64,000 nt of DNA from Candidatus Bathyarchaeia archaeon (GCA_038883655.1 JAVZLQ010000003.1:128001-192000), one strand, 5' to 3'; shown: positions 1-10,264, counted from the first letter of the stretch. Notes: generated by a model not told the origin, from the letters alone. Translations and numbers: made by a program.

Positions 1-1
1 T

Positions 2-1528
2 GTTCACGTAACAGACCTTGTTGGGCAAGATGTTCCTTCAGCGAATGTTACTGCATATGACGTTGAAAACGTTTTAGTGGATTCGAAACTAACTGGAACT
101 GATGGAAAGGCAAGATTAACGTTAATGATTGGTTTCGCCAACGAGACAGACTTTTACTGGACAGGAGCATACACGGTTGTGACGCATTACATGGAATGCT
201 CAAACTCAACATCAGTAGACATGTATGGCAATACGGAAATAGAAGTAAAATTAAACTTATTTTACAGCTACCCCGCAAGCTACAATGGCGATATTATCCT
301 CAGAGACAACGAATGTTTATGTGTAAATGGGCTGCTTAACCTCAACGGCAGCATAATCGCTGAAGAGAACGCGACGCTAATACTGCGTAACGCGTGGATA
401 AACTTTACACAAACAGGTAATTACCAGTTCACAATGACGTGTCGAGGAAACGCTAGTCTCATATTGGAAAACAGCAACATAACATCAGATTATTCCTTCA
501 ATATACAATTTGAAGGCAATAGCACAGCAACAATAGATGGTCTATTAACAAATGCCTTTATGCTTACTTTCATGCAACACTCATCAGCAGACATCACCAA
601 TTCAATGCTACAAAAGAACTTGTACGTTTACGGCCCCGCGAAAGTTTCCGCTTCAAACTGCACAATAGACAGAAGCGTTGTACTTTTATACAACGCAGAA
701 TGTGTTTTCTCAAACTGCACAATAAACGACTGGATAAGCATAACAGTATCTTACGCAAACGTCACAATAGCGGACTTAGAACCAGGCTACATAAACTACT
801 GGAACTTTCTGGAAAACTGTTCTGTCGAAGTCTATCCAACAGGCTATGCTCCAAACGTGACAATAATCGAAACAAATGTTGCTGATGGATTGGCCCTGCA
901 CTGCTATGGCTCCTCAAACATAACAATCTTTAGATCCACGCTCTTTACTCTCTACTTCTACGAGTCAACAAAGGCTGAAATTTACAATTCAAAAGTCACC
1001 GTCTTCATAGGCACCAATGAAAACGCTTATTGCTATCTAGAAGATACAGAAACATACTACCTACACTTATATGGTAACTCAAGAGTCTGGGCTTTCAACG
1101 CAACAATACACATCACTCCAAACATTTACGATAACGCCAAGCTCTACGTAGGCTGGTTGCTAAAAATACACGTAATAGACCAAGCTCAACCTCCAAACGA
1201 TGTCCCGAACGCAAACGTGACAATAACTGCCCCAGGATTTGGCACAGTCGCTTATGGCAAAACACAATCAAACGGCTGGGCAGCCTTCAATCTGCTAGAA
1301 AAAATAGTCAACGCAACAGGAACAGAATATGAATTTGGACCATACACCATAGAAGCAGACTACGAAGGACACTACAACAGCGAAACCGTAACAATGAACG
1401 GAAACCAAGAGATAACTATAACACTACCATTCATAATACCAGAATTCACCCTACAAATAATGCTAGCAACACTAATAGCACTAACACTCACAACACTGCT
1501 ATACAAAAGAAAACAAAACCGCAAATAA
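2..1528 (+). CDS. Secreted/surface glycoprotein (5'-partial): beta-helix-like region, Ig-like modules, C-terminal PEF-CTERM sorting signal
   Basis: Frame is open from base 2 (VHVTDLVGQDVPSANVT...). Many N-x-S/T sequons. Ends IIPEF + hydrophobic helix + KRKQNRK. Confidence 0.8.
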   Translation, partial: VHVTDLVGQDVPSANVTAYDVENVLVDSKLTGTDGKARLTLMIGFANETDFYWTGAYTVVTHYMECSNSTSVDMYGNTEIEVKLNLFYSYPASYNGDIILRDNECLCVNGLLNLNGSIIAEENATLILRNAWINFTQTGNYQFTMTCRGNASLILENSNITSDYSFNIQFEGNSTATIDGLLTNAFMLTFMQHSSADITNSMLQKNLYVYGPAKVSASNCTIDRSVVLLYNAECVFSNCTINDWISITVSYANVTIADLEPGYINYWNFLENCSVEVYPTGYAPNVTIIETNVADGLALHCYGSSNITIFRSTLFTLYFYESTKAEIYNSKVTVFIGTNENAYCYLEDTETYYLHLYGNSRVWAFNATIHITPNIYDNAKLYVGWLLKIHVIDQAQPPNDVPNANVTITAPGFGTVAYGKTQSNGWAAFNLLEKIVNATGTEYEFGPYTIEADYEGHYNSETVTMNGNQEITITLPFIIPEFTLQIMLATLIALTLTTLLYKRKQNRK

Positions 1529-1622
1529 ACCCAAAACTTTTTCTCCCACAACCTTTTCAAAACCAAAAAGAAGCACCCATATACTAAAATATACTAAAAA
1601 CCAAAAATTAACTACTGAAAAA

Positions 1623-1697
1623 GCTCCGGTAGTATAGTCCGGTCAAGTATAGCGGCCTCTCGAGCCGCGGACCCGGGTTCAAATCCCGGCCGGAGCA
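1623..1697 (+). tRNA. tRNA-Glu (anticodon CTC), no intron, CCA not encoded
   Basis: Acceptor GCTCCGG/CCGGAGC, anticodon arm GCGGC-CT CTC GA-GCCGC, T arm CCGGG TTCAAAT CCCGG. Confidence 0.95.
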
Positions 1698-1825
1698 TTT
1701 CTATTCTTTAACCGGAATGCTCGGTTGAAAGTTTGTCAGAGTAAAGTTAAATTAGGTTTGTTCCTATTGAAGGTTACTTTAACAGCATCGCATAATGAGC
1801 TGGGCATGCTGGGGGAAGATGATGT

Positions 1826-2044
1826 TTGGGAAGTGTGCGGACAGAACAAATTAAGCGGGTGGCTAGGGAGCTCCTTAGACGTTTTCCAGATAAGTTTTCA
1901 AATGATTTTGAGCATAACAAGCGTGTGGTAAGCATGCTCACGCAGGGGGCAACGATTAAGGTGCGGAATCAAGTTGCTGGTTATATAACGCATGCGCTTG
2001 CTGGATCGGTACCGCAAAATCAAGAGGGGGGAAAAAGCGAATAA
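1826..2044 (+). CDS. rps17e: 30S ribosomal protein S17e
   Basis: MGSVRTEQIKRVARELL...FSNDFEHNK...RNQVAGYIT signature; TTG start. Confidence 0.95.
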   Translation: MGSVRTEQIKRVARELLRRFPDKFSNDFEHNKRVVSMLTQGATIKVRNQVAGYITHALAGSVPQNQEGGKSE

Positions 2045-2096
2045 CGTTATTAAGATACTATGTCAAATTTTGAAATTGCCATAAAAGAGGAGAAAA

Positions 2097-2474
2097 ATGA
2101 TGATGGACGCTTACAGAAAAGGGTGGGCGCTTAGGTATCTACGTGAAGCCAAAGCAGAACTTGAAGCAGCGAGGAAAATGCCCTACATGGCTCCAAGCCT
2201 CATTATCGAGGCTATTAGAAAAGCCCGCAACGCGATTTATTACAGCCTAGGAGAACCAGCTTTCATAGAAATAGTTGTAAGAGAAGCTGTGGAAAGGGCA
2301 AAACCAATTGAAGATCCATTCCTACGTTTTCTCATAGGTATGGAAGAGATGATGCAACAGCTAGCGCAAGTGGAAGGGGTCGATGGTGAAAAGGCGATAA
2401 AAAGGGCTGACAGCCTAATCCAGGCAGCATCAGACATCGTGGAAACAATGACTGGAGAAAAAATAGAAGATTAA
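2097..2474 (+). CDS. Hypothetical helical protein, HEPN-like N-terminus
   Basis: WALRYLREAKAELEAA...EAIRKARNAIY resembles HEPN helices; GAGGAG RBS; no RxxxxH. Confidence 0.55.
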   Translation: MMMDAYRKGWALRYLREAKAELEAARKMPYMAPSLIIEAIRKARNAIYYSLGEPAFIEIVVREAVERAKPIEDPFLRFLIGMEEMMQQLAQVEGVDGEKAIKRADSLIQAASDIVETMTGEKIED

Positions 2475-2484
2475 AACGCGCTAC

Positions 2485-3666
2485 CTATCTGTTTTTAAGG
2501 AAATGCGCTATTCTATCCAGAGCCTTCTTTATGTTCTCGATGGAATTTGCAAAGGACAAACGCAAATAGCCCTCACCATACTCCCCAAACGATGTGCCGG
2601 GCAAAACTGCAACTCCAGCCTCTTTAAGCAAGCGATCTCCAAACTCGCGGCAACTCATCCCGGTTCCAACTATGTTCGGAAAGACGTAGAAGGCTCCACG
2701 AGGCTTCTTACACGTTATGCCCTCAATCTGGTTCAATCCGGAAACTATGACTTCTCGGCGCTTTTTGAATTCGGCGACCATCTTTTCAACAGCGTCTTGC
2801 GGTCCCCTTAAGGCTTCAACACCGGCCATCTGGACAAACGCGCATGTGCACGAGTTCGAGTTTATCATGAGTTGGGTAACCTTTTGTGCTAAGTCTTTGC
2901 GCATTACACCATAGCCGAGCCTCCAGCCAGTCATGGCGTAGGTTTTTGAGAAGCCATCCAAGATTATGGTTTTCTCCTTCATTCCTGGAAGCGACGCAAT
3001 GCTTTCGTGTTCGCCTTCATAGATTATTCTGCTGTAAATTTCATCTGAAAGAACGAGGATATCGTCCCTATCAGCAATGCAGTCAGCGATAAACCTTAAA
3101 TCGTCTCTTGTTAGAACGCCGCCAGTTGGGTTTTCAGGCGAATTCAAAATGATCATTTTAGTTTTCTTTGTCAATTTCTTCTTAAAATCTTCATGGTCAA
3201 GCCTAAAATCGTTCTTCTCCAAAAGTGGTATTGGCACTGGTTTTGCTCCAACAAAGTTTATCACTGATTCGTAAATTGGAAAGCCTGGGTTAGGATACAT
3301 GACCTCTTCGCCTTCGTTTACGCATGCGAGAATGCTGAAAAACATGATTGGCTTTGCACCAGGCGTCACAACGACCTCTTCAGGGTCAACCTCTATCCGT
3401 CTAGTTTTGGAGACATATTCAGTTATTGCCTCGCGCAGTTCTGGAATTCCAGCGGCTGGGACATAATGTGTATAACCAGAATAAAGCGCCTTCACGGCAG
3501 CCTCTTTTATGTTCTTTGGCGTGTCAAAGTCTGGCTCGCCGATCTCTAGGTGAATAACTTCCTTTCCTTGTTTTTCTAGTGCTTTGGCTTTTGCGAGAAC
3601 TTCGAAGGCTGTTTCTGTTCCGAGAGTATCCATCCTCTTCGCAAAGATAGAGCGCACACAAACCAC
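2485..3666 (-). CDS. Class I PLP-dependent (aspartate-type) aminotransferase
   Basis: GEPDFDTP, NSPENPTG, SDEIY and GFSKTYAMTGWRLG (PLP lysine). Confidence 0.92.
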   Translation of the reverse strand: MVCVRSIFAKRMDTLGTETAFEVLAKAKALEKQGKEVIHLEIGEPDFDTPKNIKEAAVKALYSGYTHYVPAAGIPELREAITEYVSKTRRIEVDPEEVVVTPGAKPIMFFSILACVNEGEEVMYPNPGFPIYESVINFVGAKPVPIPLLEKNDFRLDHEDFKKKLTKKTKMIILNSPENPTGGVLTRDDLRFIADCIADRDDILVLSDEIYSRIIYEGEHESIASLPGMKEKTIILDGFSKTYAMTGWRLGYGVMRKDLAQKVTQLMINSNSCTCAFVQMAGVEALRGPQDAVEKMVAEFKKRREVIVSGLNQIEGITCKKPRGAFYVFPNIVGTGMSCREFGDRLLKEAGVAVLPGTSFGEYGEGYLRLSFANSIENIKKALDRIAHFLKNR

Positions 3667-3747
3667 CTTTTCGCTCCTAACAGAAGGTTAAAGGTAAAAA
3701 TTAATGGGATATTTAACCCTTACAGTGCGGCAAACACCAAACTCATG

Positions 3748-4761
3748 TTAAAACAGTTTTTTTAATGGACGAACTTTCATTACGTCTGGATTGACAAGGT
3801 TCGGCGGCGTTTTTCCTTTAAAGAAGGCTACAAGATTTTCGGCAACCATCTCAGCCATTCTGCTTCGCGTTTCATAGCTCGCACTTGAAATGTGCGGGGC
3901 AACAACAACATTGTCAAGTTTAAGCAGAGGATTATCAACAGGCGTTGGCTCCTGCTCAAAAACGTCAAGCCCAGCGCCCGCTATTCTGCCCTCCTTTAGT
4001 GCTTCGTATAGGGCTTTTTCGTCGATGACTGGCCCTCTGGCGTTGTTGATTAGGTAGGCTGTTTTCTTCATAAGCCTAAGCTTTTCCGCGTTTATCATGT
4101 GATACGTTTCCTTCATCAGCGGAACGTGTATGCTGACGAAGTCTGACTCCTTTAAAAGCGTATCCAAATCGACACGTTTCGCGTCGAGTTCCTTCTCCAT
4201 CTCTGGTCTTGGCACAACATCGTAGTATAAGATTTTCATGTTGAAGCCCTTAGCCCTCTTCGCAACTGCATACCCGATCCTTCCAGCGCCAACAATTCCT
4301 ATGGTAGCGCCGTGAACATCCCTACCCAAGAGCATGCTGGGATGCCATCCAACCTTCCACTGTCCAGTGCGCACGTATTTGTCAGCTTCAACAACGCGCC
4401 TCGCAACAGCCATGAGCAAGGCCCAAGCGAAATCAGCCGTTGTGTCGGTTAAAACCTCTGGCGTGTTAGTCACGTATATGCCTCGTTTTGTAGCTTCTTG
4501 TATGTCGATGTTGTCAAAGCCGACAGCCATCTGAGAAACTATTTTCAGCTTTGGCGCAGCGTCAAAAACTTCAGCGTCAATCTTGTCTGACAAAAGCGAA
4601 ACAAGACCATCAATGTCCCTAACTTTCTCAATTATCACCTTTTTAGGTGGTGGCGCATATTCAGGCCAAACTTCAGCGTCGAAATGCTCCCTAATTATTT
4701 TTAGGCCTCTTTCTGGAAGTTCACGTGTAACATAAACTTTTGGTTTAGGCATGGAGTTCAC
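3748..4761 (-). CDS. gyaR: Glyoxylate/hydroxypyruvate reductase (D-2-hydroxyacid dehydrogenase)
   Basis: [40 protein letters not shown]. Confidence 0.88.
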   Translation of the reverse strand: MNSMPKPKVYVTRELPERGLKIIREHFDAEVWPEYAPPPKKVIIEKVRDIDGLVSLLSDKIDAEVFDAAPKLKIVSQMAVGFDNIDIQEATKRGIYVTNTPEVLTDTTADFAWALLMAVARRVVEADKYVRTGQWKVGWHPSMLLGRDVHGATIGIVGAGRIGYAVAKRAKGFNMKILYYDVVPRPEMEKELDAKRVDLDTLLKESDFVSIHVPLMKETYHMINAEKLRLMKKTAYLINNARGPVIDEKALYEALKEGRIAGAGLDVFEQEPTPVDNPLLKLDNVVVAPHISSASYETRSRMAEMVAENLVAFFKGKTPPNLVNPDVMKVRPLKKLF

Positions 4762-4848
4762 CGTTTAAATGTTGTAATTCTTTTATTAATGAGCTGTTTA
4801 TTACACTTACGCAACGCAAAACCTAAAGTCTATGATGGGCTATGAGAA

Positions 4849-6225
4849 ATGATAAAAATAAAAAATATGGATGAGCTTACCGAAAACGGCGAAAAAAGGC
4901 TTGATAAGAAGGCTAGGGCATTGGCCCTAAAGAGTCTTGAAAAAGCGTTGAACACTGTTGACCCCAAGCAGATAATAAAGTCGCGAGTTTCCTTAAAAAA
5001 CTCGACACTTTATGTTGACAAATATTCATTTAACCTAAAAGGGTTTAGAAATGTATATGTTATAGGCGGTGGCAAGGCAAGCGGTTCAATGGCTGAAGCG
5101 CTTGAAAGGATTTTGGGCGGTCGAATCAATGATGGAATTGTAAACGTTCCATACAACAGCAAAAGCAGAACGCGCATAATTAAAATTCATAGTGCAAGCC
5201 ATCCAATTCCAGACGAGAAAGGTGTGGAAGGAACAGGGCGGATGTTGGAGATAGCTGAAAATGCGGATGAGAAGGACTTGATTATATGCCTGATTTCTGG
5301 CGGCGGTTCAAGTCTTATGCCCATGCCTCGAAACGGGATATCATTGGCGGATAAACGCGAAATAACCGACGCCTTGCTGAAATGTGGCGCGACAATAAAC
5401 GAGATTAACACTGTGCGCAAGCATATCTCGGATTTTAAGGGTGGGTGGCTCGCGAAAAAGGCTTACCCAGCAACAATAATAAACCTAATTTTATCCGACG
5501 TGGTTGGCGACCCATTAGACTTCATTGCGTCTGGACCAACAGTCCCAGATTCAACAACATTCACAGACGCAATAAACGTCCTAAAAAAGTATAACCTTTG
5601 GGAAAAAGTCCCAGAATCCATACGCAGAGTTTTAACAGACGGAGAAAAGGGAATAATTCCAGAAACACCAAAGGAAGGCGACGAAGCCTTCAAAAAAGTA
5701 TTCAACATTGTTGTTGGAAACAATAGGCTTGCAAGCCAAAAAGCAAAGGAATACCTCGCATCTCAAAGGTTAAACACGCTTTTGCTGACGACAACGCTTG
5801 AGGGAGAAGCCAGACATATTGGGACAATGCTGTCCGCAATAGCCAACGAGATTGCAAAAAGTGGTAACCCTATTGCGAAACCGGCTGGCATAATCGCTGG
5901 CGGAGAAACAACAGTTACAGTTGTAGGCAAAGGCATTGGTGGAAGAAACCAGGAAATTGCTTTGTCAGCCGCAAAAAAGCTAAGTGGCATGGAAGGCGCA
6001 GTAATAGCCTCGCTAAGCACAGACGGTATCGACGGACCCACAGATGCTGCTGGAGCGATTGTGGATGGAAAAACGTTAGCGAAAGCACGTGGGATGGGGC
6101 TTGACCCAGAAAAGTTTCTGGCTGAAAATGATTCCTATCACTTTTTTGCCGAGCTCGGCGATTTAATTTTCACTGGGCCAACTGGAACAAACGTCAACGA
6201 CATTTCCGTCATAGTAGTCCTATAA
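4849..6225 (+). CDS. gck: Glycerate 2-kinase (MOFRL family)
   Basis: GGGKA, ISGGGSSL, SDVVGD, GGETTV, GGRNQE, TGTNVND. Confidence 0.92.
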   Translation: MIKIKNMDELTENGEKRLDKKARALALKSLEKALNTVDPKQIIKSRVSLKNSTLYVDKYSFNLKGFRNVYVIGGGKASGSMAEALERILGGRINDGIVNVPYNSKSRTRIIKIHSASHPIPDEKGVEGTGRMLEIAENADEKDLIICLISGGGSSLMPMPRNGISLADKREITDALLKCGATINEINTVRKHISDFKGGWLAKKAYPATIINLILSDVVGDPLDFIASGPTVPDSTTFTDAINVLKKYNLWEKVPESIRRVLTDGEKGIIPETPKEGDEAFKKVFNIVVGNNRLASQKAKEYLASQRLNTLLLTTTLEGEARHIGTMLSAIANEIAKSGNPIAKPAGIIAGGETTVTVVGKGIGGRNQEIALSAAKKLSGMEGAVIASLSTDGIDGPTDAAGAIVDGKTLAKARGMGLDPEKFLAENDSYHFFAELGDLIFTGPTGTNVNDISVIVVL

Positions 6226-6241
6226 GCGGATGTGAAAGAGA

Positions 6242-6526
6242 ATGGCTGTTACTTTCAAATTTGTTGGTGCTTTCCGAAGCCTTGCTGGAAAGGAAAAGCA
6301 AACATTACGCATTAGAGAAGTTATTTCATTGCGAGAAGCGCTGTGGAAAATTGTGGAAAAAGAAAAGCAGCTCAAAAGGGCGCTTATTGACCCGGAGTTA
6401 GAAGACCCGCGTCCTAATGCGCTTATACTTGTGAATGGAAAGGAAATCAGCATCTTGAACGGTTTAGACACTGTTCTGGCGGACGGCGACGAAGTTGTGC
6501 TCGTCCCAGTTATTCATGGAGGATAA
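6242..6526 (+). CDS. Ubiquitin-like MoaD/ThiS/SAMP protein
   Basis: Beta-grasp pattern ILVNG...L.DGDEV; C-terminal GG. Confidence 0.9.
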   Translation: MAVTFKFVGAFRSLAGKEKQTLRIREVISLREALWKIVEKEKQLKRALIDPELEDPRPNALILVNGKEISILNGLDTVLADGDEVVLVPVIHGG

Positions 6527-6528
6527 AA

Positions 6529-7290
6529 ATGGAACTTTACGCTATAAAAACGGAGACGGTGAAAGTTGGCGACGACCTCGCTGAACTTATTCTTGAATCT
6601 ATCGAGAAACAGAACTTACAGCTGCAGGACAATGACATTATAGTTTTAACTTCAAAAATTCTGGCTTACGCGCAAGGACGCGTAGTAAAGCTTGCAGACG
6701 TAATGCCTTCAGTGGACGCGCATAAACTTGCAGAAAAATATTCGCTGCAGCCAGAACTTGCGGAGCTAATTCTACGCGAAGCAGAGAAAATCTACGGCGG
6801 AGTAACGCGAGCTGTTTTAACGCTTAAAGATGGAGTTCTAACGGCAAACGCTGGAATAGACAACAAAAATGCTCCGAACAATTATGTTGCATTATGGCCC
6901 CAAGACCCTAAGAAGTGGGCGGAACAAATTAGAATGAAAATAAAACAAAAAACTGGCAAACGAATTGCTGTGCTGATAATTGACAGTGGCTTAACACCGC
7001 TTAGGAAAGGCACGATAGGCGTCGCGTTGGCAGTTTCAGGGTTTAAGCCCATCAAGGATTACAGGGGAGAGAGGGATATCTATGGAAAGCCCATAGTCAT
7101 CACTCAAAATGCAGTTGCGGATGACATGGCTTGCGCGGCACAATTAATGATGGGGGAGGCTGCAGAAAAAACGCCGGTAGTTTTGGTTAGAAATGCGCCA
7201 GTTGAGTTTGAAGAAAAAAGCTATGGACCAAAAGATATGATGATGCCTTTTGAAGAATGCATTTTTATGGGAAGTCTCAAAATAAAGTAG
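6529..7290 (+). CDS. cofE: Coenzyme F420-0:gamma-glutamyl ligase family
   Basis: VKVGDDL, LTSKI, ANAGID, DS...R.G..GVA, DYRG..DIYG, GEAAE.TPVV. Confidence 0.85.
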   Translation: MELYAIKTETVKVGDDLAELILESIEKQNLQLQDNDIIVLTSKILAYAQGRVVKLADVMPSVDAHKLAEKYSLQPELAELILREAEKIYGGVTRAVLTLKDGVLTANAGIDNKNAPNNYVALWPQDPKKWAEQIRMKIKQKTGKRIAVLIIDSGLTPLRKGTIGVALAVSGFKPIKDYRGERDIYGKPIVITQNAVADDMACAAQLMMGEAAEKTPVVLVRNAPVEFEEKSYGPKDMMMPFEECIFMGSLKIK

Positions 7291-7293
7291 GCT

Positions 7294-8022
7294 TTACGAT
7301 TTATGCGCTTTCAAGAAGCTTGTTGAAACCAAAATTCTGTGTATTGGCAGTCCTAGCAAAGCCGCGCCAAACGCAATAAGCGTTCGCTCTATGGGATAGA
7401 TTAATGTTGTAGCTTGCCAAATTCCCTTCAAAACATCTGTGTTTACGGTTAAAGGCCAAGAAATAAACTCAAAAATCAGTGAACCCGCAATTTGTCCCGC
7501 TAAAGTTGCTGTTAAGAAGATTAGGAAAAAGCTGAAGAGCGCTTTTATGTTGGCGTCGGAATTTAGGTTCTTCAGTGCTACCGACTGGATCGGCGAGACT
7601 AGAATTATGAAGCCTACCAGTTGAAACCATAGCAGTGGCGGATAAAGCCAAACCGGACCAGCAAGCGGGTAGAAGGCAAACATGAAAAGCAGAGAGAAAT
7701 AAATGAAGGCGCATGCAAACCTTCTCCTAGAATATAATAAGCCAGCACATAAGGCGGTGACCACGCCAGCGGCGAGTCCCATTGGAGAAAAAAGTGGATT
7801 AAAGAATAACGCGATTATTCCTCCAAACAACGTGGAAATCGAGCCCAAATAGACCCCAAGAATCATGCCAATCACTGGCGCTGCAACGTTTGCGGCTGTT
7901 ATGACTTTGCTGAAAAAGCCGATTACTTGAGAAAGGGGTAGAAAAGAAAGCACCGCATATAATGCAGTGAATAACGCTGTTAGGGTCAGATCGAGTGTCG
8001 TCAGCCTATTTGTCGATCGCAT
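7294..8022 (-). CDS. Integral membrane protein, probable ECF transporter S component
   Basis: LTALFTALYAVL...IGMILGVYLG pattern; several TM helices. Confidence 0.6.
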   Translation of the reverse strand: MRSTNRLTTLDLTLTALFTALYAVLSFLPLSQVIGFFSKVITAANVAAPVIGMILGVYLGSISTLFGGIIALFFNPLFSPMGLAAGVVTALCAGLLYSRRRFACAFIYFSLLFMFAFYPLAGPVWLYPPLLWFQLVGFIILVSPIQSVALKNLNSDANIKALFSFFLIFLTATLAGQIAGSLIFEFISWPLTVNTDVLKGIWQATTLIYPIERTLIAFGAALLGLPIHRILVSTSFLKAHKS

Positions 8023-8125
8023 GTTCGCACTTCACGTAAGTGCTTATGCGACTTATGTTTTGTTGTTTATAAAGAGATAGCATTATCTTCTCCAGTTTAA
8101 ACATAAATTTTGGGAGCAGTGACCA

Positions 8126-8974
8126 TTGAAGAACCCCATAATAACCTTGACAACAGACTTTGGATTGAAAGACCCATATGTAGCGGAAATGAAAGCGGTG
8201 ATTTTGAGCATATGCCCAAAAGCGCAAATAATAGACATAACCCACCAAATAGAGAAGTTTAACGTTCGAATGGGTGCTTACACGCTTGCTTGCGCAGCAC
8301 CATACTTTCCAAAGAGCACCGTTCACGTGGCAGTTGTAGACCCAGGCGTTGGAACCAGAAGACGACCATTGCTTATAGAGGCTATAAAGGATTTCTTCAT
8401 AGGACCTGACAATGGTGTTTTGGCTTTAGCCGCAAAAGCCCAAGGAATAAAACGTGTATATGAAATTTCAAATCGCAAGTTTATGCTGCCGCAAATATCC
8501 AGCACATTTCATGGAAGGGACGTTTTCGCCCCAGCAGCAGCCCACATAGCAAATGGAGTGTCTCTATCAGAATTTGGGCCGGAGATTGAAGAGATTATGG
8601 TTCCAGAATTTGCCAAACTTGTCAAGAGAAAGGATGCTGTTATAGGCGAAGTTTTGCATGTGGACGGTTTCGGGAACATAATAACAAATTTCGGAGAGAA
8701 GGAGCTTAAGCTGATGGGAGTAAGCGACACTGTTAATGTTAAAATCGAGAGTAAGCTGCTGGAGTTGAAGTTATGCAAAGCTTACGCAGAAGTCCCGCTG
8801 AAAAAGCCATTAGCAATAATAGGAAGCCACAACTTCCTGGAAATATCCATCAATCAAGGCAACGCCGCTGAAAAATTCAAAGTGAAAATTGGAGACAAAA
8901 TTGCCTTGTGCGTGGACGTCGGAAAATCTAGAGGGGGCTACTATTGCAGTGGAAAACAGCCAATAAAACATTGA
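8126..8974 (+). CDS. SAM hydroxide adenosyltransferase (DUF62, SAM halogenase family)
   Basis: LTTDFG, VVDPGVGT, GPDNG, STFHGRD, VDGFGN. Confidence 0.92.
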   Translation: MKNPIITLTTDFGLKDPYVAEMKAVILSICPKAQIIDITHQIEKFNVRMGAYTLACAAPYFPKSTVHVAVVDPGVGTRRRPLLIEAIKDFFIGPDNGVLALAAKAQGIKRVYEISNRKFMLPQISSTFHGRDVFAPAAAHIANGVSLSEFGPEIEEIMVPEFAKLVKRKDAVIGEVLHVDGFGNIITNFGEKELKLMGVSDTVNVKIESKLLELKLCKAYAEVPLKKPLAIIGSHNFLEISINQGNAAEKFKVKIGDKIALCVDVGKSRGGYYCSGKQPIKH

Positions 8975-8983
8975 ATTTCTCAG

Positions 8984-9508
8984 TCACACTTTATCGCTCT
9001 TAACTAAGTCCCGAAGCCTGTTCACACCATCAATCCCTTTTATGAAAGCTGCCACACTTTTTGGAACAAGCTCCTCCCAACTCTTGTCTTTAAGCATTCT
9101 TTCGCGGATTTCCGTTGAAGAGTAAAGCTTCCTCTCATGGAAACGAATGTTTTTCACTTCATATCCAGCTTCAATGAAGAGCCTACGTGTCAGAGGCTCA
9201 TTCGAATAAACAACATCGAAGTGCGGAGTATAGCCCTCCACGGCGGAAACCCACATCATATGCAAATGCACGTCTGGAACTGGCACAATCCAAAATTTCG
9301 AGTGAGGTATTTCAGCCTCTTCAAGTGCTCTGCGAATCATAACAAGCCTTTCGCCTGCCGTGAATGGATTATTTAGGTTGTGGCTGTATTGCGCGCTCCC
9401 GATGACAATGACCAGCTCATCCACTTCCTTCAAAATGTCCTTTATCGCGCCGAGATGCCCCAAATGGAAAGGCTGAAAGCGTCCAACATAAAGCCCACGC
9501 TTAACCAT
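8984..9508 (-). CDS. nadM: Nicotinamide-nucleotide adenylyltransferase
   Basis: GRFQPFHLGH, GSAQ, NPFTAGER, SSTEIR; start trimmed to MVKRG. Confidence 0.92.
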   Translation of the reverse strand: MVKRGLYVGRFQPFHLGHLGAIKDILKEVDELVIVIGSAQYSHNLNNPFTAGERLVMIRRALEEAEIPHSKFWIVPVPDVHLHMMWVSAVEGYTPHFDVVYSNEPLTRRLFIEAGYEVKNIRFHERKLYSSTEIRERMLKDKSWEELVPKSVAAFIKGIDGVNRLRDLVKSDKV

Positions 9509-9598
9509 CAAACCCCTCGCTTTTTGGTTTACCCACCGCACATTTATTATTTACGATAAAACAGCACAAACACGCCGACAATTAAGCCGTTCAAATAG

Positions 9599-10192
9599 TT
9601 AATTTTCTTCTCTAACTCTGTTTAGCACATTCTCGACTGGGAATAAAAGTAGTCTTTTACCATTCAAGTAAATTTCTCTTTTTGAAATATAGCCTCGACT
9701 TTCCCGCTTCAAAAGTTGAAGTTTAACGTTTAAGCCGCCTCCATACCCGCCTAACGTAAAGTCTGAACAGACAATCCTATGGCATGGAACGAGCGGTGCA
9801 AAAGGATTCATAGCCATAACACGCCCAACAGCCCTTGGACTTCCACCAACTGCTTTGGCAACATAACCATAGAAGGAAACGTATCCAACGGGGATTAGCA
9901 AAACAGATCTTATCACGTTTTGTGCATACGTGGATAACTGCTCCATAGCCAACGGTACATCGACCACAACGTCCCTTCCATAATAAACATTTTTGACTAA
10001 TTCCAGAACATGCCCAGCAAACGGAGAAACCTCTTCAGAATACTGAAAGGGAGAATCAAAAGGAATTCCTTCCAAAAGACTCTTTAGCACAGAAGCCTTG
10101 CTAAAGCCGAAACTAGTGGCAAAAACTTTTCTTTCATCACATGCCACTCCAAACCAAACGCCATCATCGCATCTTACGCAGAGACTTATCAT
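9599..10192 (-). CDS. ogt: Methylated-DNA--protein-cysteine methyltransferase
   Basis: IPVG...YG, RAVG, PCHR active site, LGGYGGG. Confidence 0.9.
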   Translation of the reverse strand: MISLCVRCDDGVWFGVACDERKVFATSFGFSKASVLKSLLEGIPFDSPFQYSEEVSPFAGHVLELVKNVYYGRDVVVDVPLAMEQLSTYAQNVIRSVLLIPVGYVSFYGYVAKAVGGSPRAVGRVMAMNPFAPLVPCHRIVCSDFTLGGYGGGLNVKLQLLKRESRGYISKREIYLNGKRLLLFPVENVLNRVREEN

Positions 10193-10264
10193 TTAACAGC
10201 ACCTGCAGAAAAAATGGACACAACATTATTAAACAATTCTCCGCGATATACTTAAGGGAATGAT

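Noticed and set aside
1579-1599. Tandem ATATACTAAA x2 upstream of tRNA-Glu
   Set aside because: Only two copies in low-complexity A/C-rich DNA; at most promoter sequence.
1689-1727. Imperfect inverted copy of the tRNA-Glu 3' end as a possible att site
   Set aside because: About 10 bp, inverted rather than direct, and no integrase in the window.
2040-2051. Palindrome AATAACGTTATT at the rps17e stop
   Set aside because: A single 12-bp AT-rich palindrome is expected by chance in 64 kb.
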